This document shows, one piece after another, positions 35,700 through 48,394 of a stretch of DNA of 64,000 nt. The position numbers and the translations under genes are program-made. The stretch covers positions 100,938,001 to 101,002,000 of the forward strand of contig NC_045696.1 of the NCBI RefSeq assembly GCF_009834535.1, read 5' to 3'. Under the pieces are notes generated by a model that saw only the letters and a list, made by a program, of their open reading frames with translations, made no database searches and was not told where the DNA came from. Every line of letters begins with the position of its first letter. Position 1 is the stretch's first letter. Source of the stretch: Camelus ferus. Lineage: Eukaryota.

Positions 35700-36960
35700 C
35701 CATCTACTGACCATCACGCTCTGGTCCTTTTATTCCTTGATGAACTCTACACTTGAACTTTTCCTCTACGCTTTCAGAATGAACATGCCACTCAGTAACA
35801 GAACCTAAAAACCCAGTCGTCTCTCCGGCTCGATGCCTGCTACACTTGGGGTCTCACCCTGGCCAATATCATGGTCCATAACTTATCTACCTCTCTAATC
35901 TTAATCCCCAGTATTCAACTCTGATCATGACTTCCTGTGTTTTATTTTGCACTGTCTGAATCTGGTCTTCAATCCCATGTATATATTTGCACTACGGTAC
36001 TGCTTTTTACTGCTAGGACATCAGCCCTTCCTGATCTCTGCTGAATCCCAAACAGCTCAGATTCCACAGTCGGTCATCAAAAGGCTCCATTATTACCCTC
36101 CTTTATTCTTATACCTCTATCCTCTAATACATCTATCATCAAAATTCCAACCCCACAACAATTTCACCATCTCTTCAGCCAAATATCTTACACGGTCCAT
36201 CCCCTAACTTTATCTTTCTAAAGCTAAGAATTGCTCTGGTTCTTCTGAACATCACGAAGAAATGCCTCACTTTTGTGGTTTTTCTCATGAGCGCTACTTT
36301 TCCTAGAATAAAATCTCTACACCGTTTACCTCAGTAAGTTCTACCCATCTCTTTAGAGTCAATCCAGCATTCATTTTGTCGAAAAAGTTTCATGTGATCA
36401 TCTTTAGACGGAAGGTATCGCTCACCTCTGCTCCCATGAACATTATTATTTGTGCATTGTCTTATTTGGATCATCACAGAAGCAGATTTCAGACAAGGAT
36501 TTGATAGCAGGTTGTTTATTTGGGAGATTGATTAGCAGATTGGGGAAGTGAGACAGGGAAGAAAAGGAGTCAGTAAAGGTATATTATTTTTAAAGTTGTC
36601 ACTGTAGGTGAGTGAAGCTTAACTCCACGTAGGAACCTTGAGAGCCAAAGGAGGACATGCTGATAGTTAGCCAACTTCCATCATTTATTGGTTGAGCACT
36701 GCTGGGTGGCAATTGCAATTTCTCTGGCACTTCTGACCTGTCCCTCACCTGAGTAGAACAGTCTCCAGCAGCCAGAGACACACATTAGGCAACAAACTGG
36801 AAGTAGCTGGTGAAAATCACGCTCTCATGCAAGGAGACTGTAAGCACTAAAGGAAATATGAGTAGCACACCGATGTTATCTGCTTCGTGCATTTACCACA
36901 GTATAACAATTTTAAATGCATGTTTCCTCATAGATTATTAAGTTCTTTGAAGGAATGTGT
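35700..36960 (+). mobile_element. L2 LINE remnant, interrupted by an LTR33-like LTR
   Basis: Pyrimidine-rich L2-like sequence (TTCTACCCATCTCTTTAGAGTC, CTCTGCTCCCATGAAC, TAGATTATTAAGTTCTTTGAAGG). Confidence 0.5.
36458..36887 (-). mobile_element. ERVL LTR, LTR33-like
   Basis: CAGAAGCAGATTTCAGACAAGGATTTGATAGCAGGTTGTTTATTTGGGAG...GGGGAAGTGAGACAGGGAAG matches reverse LTR33; 5-bp TSD TGCAT at 36453-36457 and 36888-36892. Confidence 0.82.
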
Positions 36961-39331
36961 GTCGTGTGTGTATTAATTAAACATACAAGAAATGTAAATA
37001 TACCTAAGCAATAGTCCAAATACGACTTTTGGAGACATTTGGAAATTCACTCATATTTCAACAGGGAAAACATACAAGATTTTGGTACCTTTTATATTTT
37101 AAAAAGGATAAGATCTCATTATTCCTGAAATTTGTATCCTTTTATTGACCATTTTGAATGATTGATAAATTATGTTCATGGCCTTTACATGACATTGTGC
37201 TGCAAAATGTAGACTAGTTCATAGTTAAAGCAGATCCATGCTACATTATTTTATTTGTCTAATGGAGAAAGACGCTTGGAAATTATTTTCTGTTCAAATA
37301 ATACGAAGAAAAAGTGCATTCTAACATATGCATATGATGTTGACCCATTATCTATTACAATAATAATGAAAGGATGTCATATTTTCAGAATGAAACTTTG
37401 GTTTTCATTAGCAGCTAGAGTGAGGAGACAAGGAAAACTGTCCGTGAGGGCCTGCAACAGTTAGGAGAAATTATATTGCCTCTATGGAGTTTGTCACGAT
37501 CCACGTAGAGGGTCAGAAAAATCTCCCCATCATATCGTTCAACAAAGTGTAAAACTTTGTACATACATGTCAATTATAAAAATAGGAGACTAATGCTCCT
37601 ACTCTGGTTTCTGGAGATTTCTGACATTCTGTCAGTCAGTTTGACATTTATGCAGCAAACCCAGGTCTCTAGTTCAGCCTAATAGCGTGCAAATTACTGG
37701 AAAAGAGTTTTTTTAAGCAAGTGAATGGGTTGGGGGTGAGTGAACAAACACACCAGAGGGGCTTAGTTGTGTCCATGTGTTAATTCATTTGCACCGATAA
37801 AAATGTAAATGAACGCTGAGTTAGTCTGGGAGCACAAGTACCTTGCATTTTGGAAAGCTAGCTTATATCAGATCAGTGAATTATTTAAACAAATGAATGA
37901 GGTGTCAAAACACGCTGCTAAAGAACACCAGATGGCCCTGACTCATCTTCTAGTGAATGCCTGTCAGTAATAAGAAAGATAATTTGAATAAGATAATGAT
38001 CTCCCTTAAAAAGAAAACTTATCCAAGATGAAACATAAACATGGATTCAGTGTTTACTGTGCCCAAACACAGATTTCCTGGCAAAGAAAAAATAATCTTA
38101 TTCACGTACATAACCACGGTGGTAAGAGAGACATATGGTCTTATTTAGATGTGTTTGTGGGGATTTTTTTAATGAAAATATCTCATTCATTAACATTGAA
38201 TGTTAAACTAGCCAAAGGAGAGTTGTTAGTTTGTTTTAAGAGGAATCTTGTAACATATTAAGTAAAAATCATGATAATTTCCTAAAATCTCAGATGTGTC
38301 CGTTCCTCCAACTTGCATCAATACTACGAGTACATAAATAAAAAGCAAGACAATAAGATCAAAATACTCTTCAAACAAGAATGCCTTCTTGGTTGCATAG
38401 GGAAGAGAAAAAAGATGTTTCTCTAGAGTGTTTAGAAATGATATTTTGATATTTTCTCTAACTTTTAGTTCAAAAATTTTGTTTTCCAGATGGTGTGAAT
38501 GTCCCTTTCTATTTCTATAGAAGGCAGGTCTGCAGAGTATTGTGTAAAAAGCCCTCCACTAGGATTGCTAAGACACGGCTTCTAGGTTTCACTGTGCAAG
38601 AAAAGTTATATACCCTTGGGTAAGATTTTAAATGTTCTGAAGTCTTCTTTTTAAGAAAATATAGGATGCTAACTTTGTCATGTCTAAATCATCAGTTTGT
38701 TCTTATAATTAAATGTGTCTTTATAAAAGCCTTTAAGTATTTAAGTCTTTGTAAACAAAGGATATACAGTTTTTTTTTAATGTTGGCATTGTATAACCTC
38801 CACTGAAGTACATAAAAAGAGAGTTGAAGTGTTTGTTTATGGAATGACTAAACACTGAGAAGATGTCAGCTTTCAATGTATACATTCAAAGAAATACCAA
38901 TAAAATTTAAATTGTTTTTCTCCTTGGAGGAATCTGACACTCTTTCTAAAATTTGTTTCAAAGATAGAGATCTACTAACAGCAATATCATTTTTAGGAAG
39001 AGGATGCACCCTGTGAGATACTCCTAGATCACTGGAACAGAAGAGAATTCAAAAACAGACCTTTGTATATGCAGAGACATTGATACGATAAAGGTGGCCA
39101 TATAAGTCAAAGGTATATGGCACAGGGAAAACTGGCTAACTAGATGGATCCCTAGCTAACACACATCCCTGGTATATTAAAGACCTATATGTAAGCAGTA
39201 AAACCATAAAGGCAGAGAGGAAAATTCAGGCCAAAATCACTGTGAATTAGAGCAGACAGAGAGTCCTTGATAGGATACCCAAAGCACTCACTATAAGGCA
39301 AAACAGACTGACCTGACTGTTTGATTACATC

Positions 39332-39815
39332 TGTTGAAAGTTTAGCTAAGTTACTACTCCCTGGTATTGCTTATTGCTGCCTTAGCATCCTTTTTGTTTG
39401 TTTGTTTGTTTTTCCTTTTGGCCAAGTAGCCTGCAGGGACCTTTCACTGACACTAGGCTCTCATACAAGCGCAAGCCCTGGATAGCAGCCTGGTGAGTCA
39501 CAAGCAAAGGTACGTTCTTGATACGATTTCTCCAACAGCCCTTGTGCTCAAGTCTCCCCTGCCTCTTAGCACTTCTCCCTTATGTGCCTCTTAGATAAGA
39601 CCCTCATGGACTTACCCAAACCCTGCTCTTCTGGTTTGAATTGATCAATCTGGCTTTAGCCTGAGAACACCAAAGTGCTCCACACACAGACAGACCCTAA
39701 TAATGGCATGTGCCCCAGGTTCTGCCTCTCTCTGTACTCTACTCTGTCTTAACCTCCCCATGTGGCCCCACCAGGCATACTGTAAATGTCCTCCAGGGCT
39801 TGTGACAAGTTCGCA
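39332..39815 (+). mobile_element. ERVL solo LTR (MER73/MER74-like)
   Basis: TG...CA termini; perfect 5-bp TSD ACATC (39327-39331, 39816-39820); GTGGCCCCACCAGGCATACTG...CTCCAGGGCTTGTGA resembles the R region of this group; family name tentative. Confidence 0.75.
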
Positions 39816-40323
39816 ACATCAAATAGCTTATGCAATGAGAGACACCACAGATGCATGTAATAGACCTGATGACAGTCTGGGAGAAGAGATTTAAGATTCT
39901 AAGACTAATACGCCATTAGTATCTGGAATACATAAGAAGCTTCTGCAAACTGACAAGAACATGATGAGAAACAGGTTTAAAATGGCAGGGGAATATGACT
40001 AGAATTTTCACAGAAGAGATTTCCCAAATTACTATTCAACCTTATTAAAAACTAAATAACATTCAGAGAAACTAAATTATCAAATGGAATTCAATGAAAA
40101 CAACAGAAAGATACATGTATATGCCTATCATCATGGTGCAAAAAGTAAGAATGATAGCTAATAACCACGTTGTTAAGGCTGAGAGGGGACAGAAACTCAT
40201 ATTAATCATTGCTGGTGGAAATGGATATGCACAGTCATTTGGGGGAGAATGTAGATACATAACATTACTCTTGACTGTACTCTGTAACTCTATAACCCAA
40301 GCTATTTAATAGTATAACACCAA

Positions 40324-40535
40324 GTATAATATAGTGGTTAAGAGTCATCTCTGAAATAAGATAAATTGGGTTTACTCTACACATCCGCTTACTACAAAGT
40401 AATTTACTTAACTTCTCTGTGCCTTGTTTCTTCTTTTGAAAAAATTAAAATAGGAATAATATTGGTCTCATAAAATTATTTCAAGGATAGAAGTGAGTTT
40501 ATAGGTATAATATATTTAGAAGAACACATGGCAAG
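40324..40535 (+). mobile_element. MIR SINE, near full length
   Basis: GTATAATATAGTGGTTAAGAG...TTACTTAACTTCTCTGTGCCTTGTTTC. Confidence 0.8.
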
Positions 40536-40770
40536 TTATGATTACAAAAGGAAATATGAACTAGGGAACGATGTAGGCATGTCCATCAGGCAACTGTTGA
40601 CGCAGGAAGTTGGAAGCATCCTAGGTATCTAACATTAGGGGAATCAAAAAGTAAAATGTGGCAGGTACAGAGTACAAAATAATAGACAGTTGATACGATA
40701 AATGATCTTGATCAACAAGAGCAGATCTTAAATATTTAGAGTAAATTTATTTGAATTAAAAAAAATACCA

Positions 40771-42048
40771 GACTTCTTATTTAGGTCAAACATGAAAAAT
40801 CTTGGATATCATCAAAACACTCAAAGCAAGAAGAAAGATGAACAAACTTAAAATTAACAATTCTTTTTGGATCCACTAGAGAATTGAGGTCATAAGACAG
40901 ACTTCTGCCCCCAAAACTGGAAGGTAAGGCAGATACCAATAATCACAGATTCCTGGGAACAGAAGCCCTCTGCTGGAGCCAGTACTGGTAGGATTACCAG
41001 TCAAAATATGGAAATAACTCTAAAACTCAAAGTAAGAAGATGAACAACCCAATTAAAAAGTGGACAAAAGATCTGAACAGAAACTTCATCAAAGAAGCTG
41101 TACAAAAGGCAAATAAGCATATAAAAGAATGCTCAATATCATATGTCAGTAGAGAACTGCAAATTAAAACAACATTGAGATGTCACTACACACCTACTAG
41201 ACTGACCAAAATCCAGAAGATGGACAACACCAAGTGTTGGAGAGGATGTGGAGAGATGGGAACTCTCACTTATTGCTGATGGAAATTCAAAATAGCACAG
41301 CCACTCTGGAAGACACTCTAGCAGTTTCTTACGAAACATACAACAGTCTTGCCATTTGATCCAGTGATCATGCTCCTTGACTCATCCAAGGAGTTGAAAA
41401 CATAAGTTCACACAAATATCTGCATGCACATATTTATAGCAGCTTTTTTCATAATTGCCAAAAGGTAGAAAGAACCAAGATGTTCTTCAATAGGTGGATT
41501 AAAAACAAACTGAGATATAGCCAGAAAATGGACTATTGTTCAGCAATAAAAAGAAATGGGCTACCAAGCTACTAAAACACATGGAGAAACCTTAAATGCA
41601 CATTACTAAGTGAAAGAAACCAGTCTGAAAAGGCTATAAACAGTACGATTCAAACAAAATAACATTCTGGAAAAGGCAAAATTATGTGAGTGAAAAAACT
41701 GGTGGTTGCCAGAGATTGAGGGGCAAGGGAGGATGGATGAATAGGAGGAGCACAGGGAACTTTTAGGGCAGTGAAACTATTCTGTATGGATCTTGTGATG
41801 GTGTATACCTGACTTTGTGCATTTGTTAATACCCATAAAACTGTTTTACACAGAGAGTGAATCCCAGTGTAAACTATGGACTTTATAATGTGTCAATACT
41901 AGTTTGGCAATTGTTATAAACGTACCAGCCTAATGCAAGATGTTAAAAGTAGGAGAAACTGAGGCTATGTATGTGTGAACTCTGTACTTCTGCTCAATTT
42001 TTCTGTAAAAATAAAACTGCTCTAAAAATAACCTCTATTAATTAAAAA
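40771..42048 (+). mobile_element. L1MC1/2-like element: 5' end joined directly to ORF2 C-terminus and 3' UTR
   Basis: 40771-40994 resembles the L1MC 5' end (GGATCCACTAGAGAATTGAGGTCA, AGCCCTCTGCTGGAGCCAGTACTGG); ORF 41040-41279 is ORF2 C-terminal (NNPIKKWTKDLNRNF...TKCWRGCGEMGTL); 3' end ACTCTGTACTTCTGCTCAATTTTTCTGTAAA. Confidence 0.85.
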
Positions 42049-43914
42049 TTGCCATGAAGCAACACACATTACAAAAAGATACATACATTAGAAGGACAAA
42101 TATCAAACTTATTAGACTGGATAGGAAGGAAATAGGAATCAGGGACAGAAATCAGAAGGAAAATAATGAGATGAGTTGTTAGTGACACAAAATGTATAAT
42201 AAAAAACTGAGGAATGTATTAACAATGTAGTTCTCTGCCTAAGAACTCACAACAACAAAAAAAAAGCACTAAGCATTTACTCTCATATTTGACGTATTGA
42301 CAACTAAGCATCAATCTTTTAAAAGAAAATGACCTATAATTTAGAAAGTGCTTGGGGGTAAAGAGCAAGGCAAGAAGGTGGGGCAGAGGAGGAAATAAGA
42401 GATCTCCTCTATCTCTAAGGGTTTTACCTTCAATATATCTAATAAATTTGCTGATGCAGCTAAGCTGCTAAGGGCACTGCTGTCTTCAGGAACTGACTGA
42501 GCAGCAGCATTGGGATGAAACATTGTGGTCATCGTGCCTGCAATTTCCTTTCAATTACTTCAGTTTGATGATGCATTTGTCAATAACTTTCATCTCTGAA
42601 TTCTAGGGAGAATCAGTTGTAATAATCTAGAATGCACAGTCCCGAAGTGCTCAGCTGTCATGACACCAAAATGCTCATTTTCAGGGAGGTCATCAGAGAT
42701 TGCATAGGGGAGGGTTGTGCTCAAAAAGTGGCAGAGGCAAGCCTTTCTGAAACCCTATCTCCATCAACAACTGATACTACGAAAATTAGCACACAGTGGT
42801 ACGTGACCTCATAATTATTACAATGAATTAGGACATGAGCTCTCATTAGTAAAATTAAAGGTATTCAATATATGTGGCTTAGTTGGAATAATTTAGAGAT
42901 TCACCCCACTTTTAATCAACTTACTCTTAAGTAAGTAGCCAAACATTCTAACGTGGTCGGCTTTATCCCCAAATGTTCTGGCATTAAGGTATTGGGTTGG
43001 ACCTCATCCTGGTGTTGGTTTTCATTTCTGATGACATGCCATGATGTAACGTGGCCCTGAATCAGGCTCTGGAATGCATGTGTCTGCCTCATAAAGTGTG
43101 ACCAGAGCACCTGAAAGGACAGAGAGCTGGGACTTCGCGTCTCCAGGACAGGTTTGTGAACTGCCTTGCGCTCGCTCTGCTCACAGGTATGTGTTTGCTC
43201 TACAACTGTATGTGTGGCAGAATTTGACCTGAGGCTTGGCTCATCACACATCACAAAAAGGCTGAGGGGAAGATCAAATTGAGAGGGTTGCAGTGGACAC
43301 ATGTGATAAACTGTCCCACAACAGTAGGTTTAACGTGGACTTAGTTTTCTTAGGATTTAGCCACAGGAGAGTGTGAGTTATGCAGTAAAAGTATTGTCAG
43401 AGTTGCGGGGAAATAAAAGCAAATATAAAAATGTGGCAAAAAGAAGCTGGTCATTCTTTCAGGACATAAAATGCAAGGAGCAGTTTTGCCCATCCTAGGT
43501 GTTCATTCAGTATTGCCTAGATAAAGAGTTGCCTGGAACCCAGGGCCTCCCCCCCGACAGCCTTTCTCCCAGTGGGCGAGGCTGTATCCAAACTCAACTG
43601 CCACAGAATCGGAGATTCCCTCCTCCAAGCAGGAGAAGCCCCATGTGCCCTCAAGGACTCCAGGTGCTGGGCAGCTTGCCTTCCCACACCACTCCTGTTA
43701 ATAGTCTAGCATTCAGTTCTATACTGCCTGGGGCCAAGCAGTTAACTTCCAAACTGACAATGTACTTAACCTTGTGTGATAAAGATCAAGGCAGGCCCAA
43801 ACACTCCTCCAGCTGGTATTATGGAAGAATGGGAGATCTATGTTTTCCCTTTTCTTATGAACCTCAGCCATGTAAAATTTTGCTTTCAAAATAAAAGCTA
43901 TTTCTCACCCTAGA

Positions 43915-44270
43915 CAGTGTTGTGGAGTGGTTCCAGCAATCTGAAGCACAACAGGTGCCAATGGGGAATGATGCAGAAAATGAGAATGAGAGTATTGTGA
44001 ATAGTGTAAGAAGAAACTTCAGTCAAAGGGGGTTTTAATAATTGAGCGTAGTTTGTTAGTTGTTCTATGGAGTTAAATAGACTTGAAAATATTTGAATGC
44101 CAATGGGAGGTGATGGACAGAGTGGAAGATGTTGAAGAGTAGAAGAGGTGGACAATAATCAGTAGAGGAAAATCCCTAAGAAGGACAGAGGGCACCCTAT
44201 TCCAGGGTACACGAGGGAAAAGACTCAGTTGTCAAATTGATATCTCTGCTATTGCATCAAGAGGTGAGGC
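43915..44270 (-). mobile_element. L2 remnant
   Basis: Purine-rich reverse L2-like text (GTGGAGTGG...GAGAATGAGAG...GGAAGATGTTGAAGAGTAGAAGAG). Confidence 0.45.
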
Positions 44271-44479
44271 CAGATGGTAAAACTGGTGTTTGCAGGACCT
44301 CTTCATCTATCTTCAAACCTCACTCATTCTTAAACTACCTCTAATTGGGTGAGATTAAGCCATGTGATTCCCCTAAACTTTATGCGGTCAAGAAACAGGC
44401 CCCTTACTGTCTGACCCAGGCCTGACTTCCATATCTATTCCTAAACCCGTCTACTGGCCAGGGGTTTGAAAACACACTT

Positions 44480-44690
44480 AACATTAGTCAGGGTAACAGG
44501 GTAACACTAGCTGCTGTAACAAACACAGTTCACAATCAAATAGACATTTATTTCTCTGTAACAAAGAGTTCAAGATGAGTCTTCACTATTGTTGGGTCTC
44601 TTTCCTCTGAATAATGATTTAGAGATTCTAGCTCTATCTGGCGGTTCCACTGTCTTCAAGAAGATGCCCTGCACATGTGAATCAAACTGG
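44480..44690 (-). mobile_element. MLT1K/J-like MaLR LTR fragment
   Basis: ATTAGTCAGGGTAAC...CTAGCTGCTGTAACAAAC...ACATTTATTTCTCT. Confidence 0.65.
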
Positions 44691-44714
44691 CAAAAAGAAA
44701 AAGAAAGGTAAAAA

Positions 44715-45328
44715 CCAATAAAGTCAAAGAAGGTCATTATGTAAGGATATAAGGATTGATTCATCAAGAGGATATAGCATTTATGTTTACGTGCACCAAG
44801 CATTGAAGTACCTAACTAAATTAAGTAAATACAACAGAACTGAAGGGAGAAATAGACAAAAATACTGTAACAGTAGGAGACTTCAATACCCCAGTTTCCA
44901 CAAAGGATAGATTATCCAAACAAAAACTCAAGAAAGAAATACTAGAGTTGAACTGTATCTTAGACCAAATGGACCTAAAAGACAAAAACAGAATATCCCA
45001 TCCAACAGTGTCACATTTTTGTCAAACTCACATGCAACAATCTCCAGGATAAATCATACATTAAATCACAAAATAAGCCTTAGCATACATAATGGTATGA
45101 AACTACATATTAATAATAGGAGGAAAACTGGAAAATTTACAAGCATGTGGAAACTAAACAGCACACTCCTCAACAGCCACTGGTCAAAGAAGAAATCAAA
45201 TAGGAAATAAAAATATGTTTTGAAACAAACAAAAATAGAAATACAACATACCAAGACCTATGGGATGCTACAAAAGCAGTTCTAAGATGTAATTTTATGG
45301 CTCTAAGTGCCTATATTAAGAAAAAAAG
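44715..45328 (+). mobile_element. L1 ORF2 endonuclease-region fragment
   Basis: Encodes decayed EN motifs (GTAGGAGACTTCAATACCCCA = VGDFNTP; TTAGACCAAATGGACCTA = LDQMDL) and WKLNSTLLNSHW in ORF 45019-45210. Confidence 0.9.
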
Positions 45329-47679
45329 TTCTTCTGAGAAGATAGTTTCTTTTTGCTTTTATCAGTCTTTTAATATGCATTTCGTATTATGTTACACTTA
45401 TTTTCTTATACTCTATTCAAAAACAGAAAGAACACAGGCACTGGGGCCAGGTAGCTTCCCCACTTCCCAGATAAGTATTCTTTTCACAAGTTAGTTAACA
45501 TTTTGGCACTTCAGTTTCCCAATTTACTACAGAGGGGTAATAATACATCACTACCAGAGTTGTAAAAATTAATTGAAGTTCTATACAAGAGACCTAGTAT
45601 ATAAGGGGACAGAATTTATTCCTAAATTGTCTTTTATTTTAATCTAATTTTTGGATTTAATTTGCTTTAAATTAGGACTAGTGTGATTGTTCAGACAAGT
45701 TTAGCTTAGTCTCTGCATAATAAAGTAAATGAGAACAATAATCCAGGGTGTAGAAAAAAGTTTTGGAGAGAGTGGAAGATACAATAGACAAAATTATCAC
45801 TATTAATTTCAAAATTTGGCATGAAAGGTGAGTGTAGAATATTGTGTTTGTGATCATAATTATAACACAAAGAACATCTGAATTTAAAGAAATTTGATTC
45901 ATGAATTCTAGTACTCAAATGCTCCTAGCAAGGAAATAGTCAATGTTGTGTCACCTTTAGAAAAGAGGAACTATGAGCTTACTGTACCACTAACTGTAAA
46001 TAGAAATCTATACTGACTTCCTCCAGAATTAGGGCAGCAGAACTGCGTTCTAGGATATAATATCAACTCAGCAAGCCACTACCTGCAGCTATTAACTCCT
46101 GTAATGCAGCACTCCTATTTTTTAAAGGTGATTCTGGTTGAGAATTATCAACTTTTACTAGAAGAATAGCTGTAATAACAAATTAATGTGATATTTTCCA
46201 TGACAGCCCAGGCCTCTGAACATCTCCTAGAGATTTAATTACATACTACCAATGAGCAATGCATGCTCTAGAGTTATCTGGACAAATCTGGGAGAAAAAA
46301 AAAAAAAGACTGTCTTTCATATAGAATCACCTCTAGTGAATTTAGACATCATATTTGCTTGACATTTCATGATTCCAGAAACAAATATTTGGATAGGAGA
46401 AGATCAACTTATTATTAATTTACATGTATATTTGATGTTATTTAATTTACTTTATCTAGACTTTGGATGAAAAGCCATAGTGCTTGGTATGATTCTTCAC
46501 ACATAAAAATTAGGCACTGAATGAACCAATATGAAAAACTGCAATCATGTTCATAGATGCTTCACTTAACATAGAGGACTTATCTCTAAAATGTAATTAA
46601 TGTAATGATTTACTTAATTACAATTTTCAAATTTTTTATAGATAATATGTCTTATCTTTATTTATGTTCTTTATTTTTTCTATTTTGTTTTAACTAGTAT
46701 CTCGATCAAATAGTATTTTTTAGACACACAAGAACAACTTGTGCTTTAAAGGAAAGGTATAGATACTATATTTTTAAATAACATAAGCATCTAGTAATTC
46801 AAATGATCACCATCTCATTTATTATACATGTTTGCATTTTTTATTTACAGCTTTTTTAAAATCAAGGTATCAATATCCATTACTATTTAGAAGGTTAAGG
46901 CTGTCCTGCTGATAGATAAGAGCTGTTCCCTGTATCACTCACTTACTAGGAATTAACCTTTAAAAATCAAGATTAGCTTAAATTATACGTACACATATAT
47001 ATAGTTTTGAAATTAAGTTGCATTTGTATTATTTTTTAATTTTATTTGCTGCTTTCTCTGTGAGTAAAAACTTTCCCAATTGAAGCTGATGAAACACTTT
47101 AAGTGCTCAAGAGAGGGTGTTTAGCATGTTGCTAGGAGACCACATTAGCATCCTCCATAGTAACAGCAGTAATTATGTGCTTCCTGGTGCAGGGCATTAG
47201 AAACACTGCCAGTTATGTCTCAGCATGCCACAGAATTAACTCATACAATCTTGATCATCTATTTTGAGCAGCTCATCTGCCAAGCTGACCTATACTGTAA
47301 TCAAACTAAATTGTGTACTTTTGCTACATTCGCATTTTATTTCCAATGTTCATACACACACTTCTCATTCTCTGAAATAGCCTCGATGTAAGACTTGGTA
47401 AATGGATTTTTCTCCCCTCAATTTCCAGTTCAATAAAAAAAGCATAAAATTTCTGAAAGTTAAAAGTCCTAGTATATTAATACAGTTCATTTTTTGTAGA
47501 TTTCAGGGAATATCATATCTTCATAATTTATACTTCCTGGAATAAAGACAGAATCATCTAGACTATTCCCTTAGCATTTACATTGTTTGAAAGAACTAGT
47601 GCATTTTTACCAATCAAGGTCAAATCTTCAAATTCTTTTTAATAATATGTCCAAGTGCTAGAAAGCACTCAATTTAGAA

Positions 47680-47915
47680 TTGTGAGGCACTAAATGTCCT
47701 TTCAACTCACGAGTAAGTCTGTTGTCTTGAAGGTATAGCATTTCCATTTTATTTCATGAAAATATTCAAGCCCTCTTTACCTGACTGCCCTTATATTTGT
47801 AAAAATGAACATAATAGTTACCTCTCAGGGTTATTAAAAGTGATAATTTTATAAATGTAAATGAAGCACTTAGCATAATGTCTAGCAACATTAGGTGGTC
47901 AGCAAACAGCCATTA
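47680..47915 (+). mobile_element. MIR SINE
   Basis: TGTAAAAATGAACATAATAGTTACCTCTCAGGGTT...AAGCACTTAGCATAATGTCTAGCA. Confidence 0.6.
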
Positions 47916-48394
47916 CTACAATTTCTTTTTTGTTTTTCTGCTGAGAAACACTGTATTTTCTCTCTCCAATTCTTATCAGACAGTGGATTTAAAATAAAAC
48001 CTTGCCTTTTAAAAGTTTGTGTGTGTGTATATATGTGAAAATGATATGTGTATGTGGAATTTTATAATAGAAATGTACTGCTTATTCATAGCCATATTTT
48101 TTTTTATAGGTGAAACAGTGTTGAATTTTTTTAAGCTTATGTTTTATAATCTGTAAGGAGTTTTTAGATCAGTTGTGGCTTTGATGCTTGAAATAAGCCT
48201 GCTTAGTGTGGCGGACTTTAGTCACCCTAAACAGTATCCTAGACCTCTTACTAGGGAGGCTAACATAGTAGCCAAAATGTTTCATTTGCATAATCCCTGG
48301 GATCAAGTTCTATGAGGTGAAATGCCCTAAATAAATATAACCATACCATGGATGGTGTTTTGTTTGTTTGTTTGTTTATTTATCCTAAACATAT

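Larger units (their letters stand above)
38790..42250 (+). mobile_element. Old L1ME ORF2/3' element split by an LTR, a MIR and an L1MC
   Basis: ORF2 remnants (CTGGAACAGAAGAGAATTC, GATAAAGGTGGC, TTTGATTACATC|AAA rejoined across the LTR, TTGCTGGTGGAAATG). Confidence 0.65.

Noticed and set aside
42916..43894. The two longest ORFs (128 aa minus, 131 aa plus)
   Set aside because: No recognisable domain; the second starts at GTG; the lengths are compatible with chance in locally GC-richer DNA.
45745..45833. Strong donor AAG|GTGAGT (similar isolated donors near 8710 and 18738)
   Set aside because: All three frames from the nearest upstream AG contain stops and the acceptor is weak; isolated donor matches are expected by chance in 64 kb.
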